Assembly (NCBI GenBank): GCA_030618505.1
Contig: JAUXDF010000003.1
Span: forward strand, 1-38,321
Length of the DNA stretch: 38,321 nt
From: Spongiibacteraceae bacterium
GTDB taxonomy: Bacteria; Pseudomonadota; Gammaproteobacteria; Pseudomonadales; PIVM01
Direction: 5' to 3'
Numbering within the stretch: the stretch's first letter is position 1; each line of letters starts with the position of its first letter. A program made the position numbers and the translations under genes. The notes under the pieces were generated by a model. The model ran no database searches and was not told where the DNA came from. It worked only from the letters and a program-made list of their open reading frames with translations. Of the stretch, positions 35,180-38,321 are shown one piece after another.

Positions 35180-35407
35180 GGAAAATAAATTTTCTATTAT
35201 TTTCAAGGAGTTGAGAGTTTCTCTCGCCACATTTATTCACTCTAAATCACATTTTGGTTGGGTAACTGCACGGTTACTCAACCAAGACCCTTGATAAAGA
35301 AGCTAGATATTTACAAAAGGGTTTAGTTTATCTAATAACTGATGAGTCTATCGAAATGTGGGCGGCCTACAGGGTGATATAGACAGGGGGAAAGATCAGG
35401 GCGCGTG

Positions 35408-35659
35408 CTATTTGGTTTTTGTGATTTTGCGGAGGGCCGTATCAATATGGTTATTGTTAGCATAGGCATAAATGTTTACGTCTCCGTCAATACTGATGCC
35501 GTCACCTATTTTGATTCGTGATTTTTCCAGCATATCCCACCGGTAGCGTTTAGCGCTCAAGCCAAGAGAAGTGTAATTATCCAGGGTGAGGCCTGTTCGG
35601 GCAATAGTGCGTTTTACCGCACTCTCCAAAACGGCATAGTCTTCTGGTGTGATTTTCAT
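35408..35659 (-). CDS. Small hypothetical protein, possibly phage-like
   Basis: 83-aa ORF, ATG with AGGGAG RBS, protein-like composition (KRYRWD...YAYANNNHIDTALRKI). The phage resemblance is recollection only. Confidence 0.75.
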   Translation of the reverse strand: MKITPEDYAVLESAVKRTIARTGLTLDNYTSLGLSAKRYRWDMLEKSRIKIGDGISIDGDVNIYAYANNNHIDTALRKITKTK

Positions 35660-35810
35660 TCTGACGCTCCCTGGTTGCTGTTTATGAAAGATCGTAAATC
35701 GTTATTGGAAGAACTGACAACAAGGAATGGCGTTGACACGAAGCCGCTTATGTACCCCGAAAAGAGAAATATATCAACGGTTTGAAGCGCGATAACTTAT
35801 TCAATTATAA

Positions 35811-35840
35811 AGAAAAGTGCAATTTATGTGAGAACCAGCA
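35811..35840 (-). repeat. Right-end repeat of the islet
   Basis: Minus strand TGCTGGTTCTCACATAAATTGCACTTTTCT; a consensus IHF site TATCAACGGTTTG lies at 35772-35784. Confidence 0.85.
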
Positions 35841-36179
35841 TTGTATAGTTCTAGTGCCAAGTAAAATCCGTCAATATAAAGTATGTAAGTGCTTACAAAC
35901 TTTGTATTGTCTGCCCCCCCTCTCAATGTCATTAACTTAAGGACATTCTTAGGCCCGTAGCCGTGATCAGTGTGCCCCGTGTAACGCTTTGGGTATGAGC
36001 TTGCGAAATCAAGGGGGTTACTGGATTAATTCCCGGATTTCATTGACGATCTGCTTTAGACATTGACCCAATAAATGAAAAGGTTACCGAGTTGATCAGT
36101 TTACAGTTGAGAGTAGCCAAGCAGGAATATGAGAATATTTCTTTATCCCATGAAAAAAATGCTTTTCCCGCAGTCACAG

Positions 36180-36911
36180 TTACACGTCTTGGTTCATTTC
36201 GCTTACTTTATTTTCTATCCACTCTTGTGCCATGGCAGTAATTTCGCGACTGGTTTTGCCTTCTACTGAAATAGGCTTACTAATTTCAATTTGAATAACA
36301 CCGGGAAATTTCAGGAACTTTCTTGCCGGCCAGTAGCGACCAGCGTTGTGTGCAATAAACACCACGGGAGCCTCGGCTTTTATGGCCAGGTTGGCGCCAC
36401 CACGTGCATAGTTAGTTTTGGTGCCATGCTCGGTGCGAGTTCCCTCGGGGAAAACCAGCACAGTGTTGCCCTCCTCCAGGCGTTGTTTTCCAAGCGCCAT
36501 CATTTGTCTTAAGGCCTCTCGAGGATTACCACGGTCGATAGCGATAGGCTTCATTAAACGCAAACCCCATCCAAAACCCGGAATATCCAATAACTCTTTT
36601 TTTAATATAGTACTTAGAGGATCACATAAATTAAGTAAAAAATAGGTTTCCCACTGACTCTGGTGGTTACTTAATATGACATAGGCTTGATCAGGAAGGT
36701 TTTCTCGTCCTGTTAATTGATGTTTCACACCACAGGACCACTGTAGCCAGCGAATAACACCACGGTTCCATAAAAGAATATAAGGACGACGATGAGGGTA
36801 GGAAAAAAACCTCATAATAGTTAATGCTGTTATCCCAAACCAGGTAGTGAGAGCTGTATAGCCAATATAAAAAGCAACTGTCCTCAAGCCCAGAAAAAAA
36901 GTATTAAGCAT
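36180..36911 (-). CDS. plsC: 1-acyl-sn-glycerol-3-phosphate acyltransferase
   Basis: SNHQSQWE (HX4D/E), IDR, FPEGTR; adjacent to gmhB. Confidence 0.93.
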   Translation of the reverse strand: MLNTFFLGLRTVAFYIGYTALTTWFGITALTIMRFFSYPHRRPYILLWNRGVIRWLQWSCGVKHQLTGRENLPDQAYVILSNHQSQWETYFLLNLCDPLSTILKKELLDIPGFGWGLRLMKPIAIDRGNPREALRQMMALGKQRLEEGNTVLVFPEGTRTEHGTKTNYARGGANLAIKAEAPVVFIAHNAGRYWPARKFLKFPGVIQIEISKPISVEGKTSREITAMAQEWIENKVSEMNQDV

Positions 36912-37464
36912 TATCTTGATGATCCTTCTTAATCAGGTAGGCTGCCGCCTGTGACAGGCTTTCAAAGACCAGCAGGTTTTTCCACTCATCAGCTGAATGA
37001 ATAGCTTGAAGCGTTTTTTCCCCTTTACCCGTTTTGACCAAAACAGGTATACAATCTTTAGCCTTGGCAGCTTGTAAATCTTTAATGCTATCACCAATAA
37101 AATAGGCGCCTCTGCTATCACAGTGCAGTTCTTTTTCGATGGCATCGATTAAACCGGTTTTGGGTTTTCGACAAGAGCAGTTTTCATCAGGATGGTGGGG
37201 GCAGTAAAAAACACCCGCTATGCTGCCACCCTGTTCTTCAACCAGGTTCAACATTTTTTCATGCATAGCCTCTAATGCATCAAGGTTAAATAGACCTCTG
37301 CCAAGGCCGGATTGGTTAGTGGCAACGGCAACAGTAAAGTTATTATGTAAATCTGCTATCGCCTTAATGCTGCCGGGTATCGGCATCCATTCATCTGAGG
37401 ATTTAATGTAATCCTCAGAGTCTTCATTAATAACCCCATCCCTATCCAGTATCACCAACTTCAA
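36904..37464 (-). CDS. gmhB: D-glycero-D-manno-heptose 1,7-bisphosphate phosphatase
   Basis: LDRDGVIN, TNQSG, CPH...C.CRKP, IGD...D. Confidence 0.96.
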   Translation of the reverse strand: MKLVILDRDGVINEDSEDYIKSSDEWMPIPGSIKAIADLHNNFTVAVATNQSGLGRGLFNLDALEAMHEKMLNLVEEQGGSIAGVFYCPHHPDENCSCRKPKTGLIDAIEKELHCDSRGAYFIGDSIKDLQAAKAKDCIPVLVKTGKGEKTLQAIHSADEWKNLLVFESLSQAAAYLIKKDHQDNA

Positions 37465-37476
37465 TTGTGCGACTCC

Positions 37477-38321
37477 CTACTTATTACTGGCAAGCAGGGA
37501 TATATCAGCGACTTCGCTGAATAGGCCATGAAGTTGTTGTAACAAAGCGAGGCGGTTATTGCGCAGGGCATCATCGTCGGCCATTACCATTACCTGATCA
37601 AAAAATGCATCTACGCAAGGACGGATGGATGCCAGCTTACTGAGAACCTGCTCATAATCCTTATTGGCGATCAAAGGTGCGTTATTCGCTGCAAGTTTGC
37701 TTAGCGCAGCGGCGAGATCTTTCTCTTCAGCCTCGAGCAGCAGTTTATTGTCAATCGTACTTGATGGACTGCTGCCTTGTTTTGCAAGAATATTAGCCAC
37801 CCGCTTGTTGGCTGCTGCCAGCGCACTGGCATCGGCCAGTTGGGTGAAGGCATGAACGGCATGAATACGTTTATCAAAATCAAGAGCCCAACTTATTTGT
37901 TTAGCATTAACCGCGAGAAAAACTTCAGTAGCAATATTTTCATTACTGTACCAGGCCTTGAAGCGCTCAATAATATATTTGAGTACCTGATCAACCAGGC
38001 CATCCGGGACGGGTAAGCTTGCGTAGTTTCGCTGGGCGGATTCAAGCAGCTGACGAAGATCCAGATCCAGCTGCTTTTTAACAATAATATTTAAAATACC
38101 CAAAGAGGCACGTCGCAAGGCAAAGGGGTCTTTGTTGCCAGTTGGTGGCTCGCCGATACCGAAAATTCCCACCAGGGTATCGATACGATCGGCAATAGCC
38201 AAGGCGCAGCCGGTGAGAGTGACAGGTAGTTGATCACCGGAGAAACGTGGCAGGTATTGCTCGTTCAGCGCAAGCGCGACCTCCTCTGTTTCTCCGTCAA
38301 AGCGGGCATAGTGGCTAGCCA
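37477..38321 (-). CDS. glyS: Glycyl-tRNA synthetase beta subunit, C-terminal part (5' truncated by the window)
   Basis: Frame open to the window edge: EQYLPRFSGDQLP, AIADRIDTL.GIF, PTG.KDPFALRR, FFD.VMVM, NRLALL. Confidence 0.97.
   Translation of the reverse strand, partial: ASHYARFDGETEEVALALNEQYLPRFSGDQLPVTLTGCALAIADRIDTLVGIFGIGEPPTGNKDPFALRRASLGILNIIVKKQLDLDLRQLLESAQRNYASLPVPDGLVDQVLKYIIERFKAWYSNENIATEVFLAVNAKQISWALDFDKRIHAVHAFTQLADASALAAANKRVANILAKQGSSPSSTIDNKLLLEAEEKDLAAALSKLAANNAPLIANKDYEQVLSKLASIRPCVDAFFDQVMVMADDDALRNNRLALLQQLHGLFSEVADISLLASNK

Larger units (their letters stand above)
32683..35840. mobile_element. Small genomic islet between gyrB and plsC: two tandem repeat-bounded units, no recombinase gene
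   Basis: Interrupts the gyrB-plsC-gmhB-glyS order. Bounded by inward-facing TG(T/C)(T/G)GG(T/C)TCTCAC motifs at 32683(+), 35165(-), 35167(+) and 35840(-). Gene content is accessory. Confidence 0.65.

Noticed and set aside
34872-35240. ORFs 34872-35240, 34927-35166 and 34942-35151
   Set aside because: They overlap each other, have non-ATG starts and no recognisable motifs. The longest one crosses the palindromic junction.
32683-35840. Islet ends as Tn7/Mu/IS terminal repeats
   Set aside because: TG...CA termini are present, but there is no consistent target duplication, only 1 bp between abutting ends and no transposase. Judged less likely than recombinase sites, though not fully excluded.
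32683-35840. CRISPR array or integron attC array
   Set aside because: The repeats are few, in both orientations and irregularly spaced. No cas or intI gene and no RYYYAAC...GTTRRRY boxes were recognised.

Overview
Replication-origin region of a gammaproteobacterial chromosome with Pseudomonas/Cellvibrionales-like gene order (taxon inferred from gene order only). The conserved core reads glmS-glmU-atpCDGAHFEBI-parB-parA-rsmG-mnmG-[DnaA-box cluster 1]-mnmE-yidC-yidD-rnpA-rpmH-[DnaA-box cluster 2]-dnaA-dnaN-recF (containing two parS sites)-gyrB ... plsC-gmhB-glyS (partial). There are two accessory regions. (1) 1-6040 is a decayed Tn7-like island inserted 25 bp after the glmS stop codon. It carries a truncated tnsA, two tandem DUF1254/DUF1214 exported proteins, a ppnP pseudogene and a group II intron whose 5' boundary and EBS1-IBS1 pairing can be mapped. 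(2) About 32683-35840, between gyrB and plsC, is an island with no recombinase gene that appears to be two tandem cassettes. They are delimited by a repeated GG(T/C)TCTCAC arm motif, a palindromic junction with a 7-bp spacer and IHF-like sites. Cassette 1 carries a translationally coupled Xre/MbcA antitoxin - RES toxin - DEDDh exonuclease operon, and cassette 2 carries a small orphan gene. This second island is the best candidate for an undescribed system.
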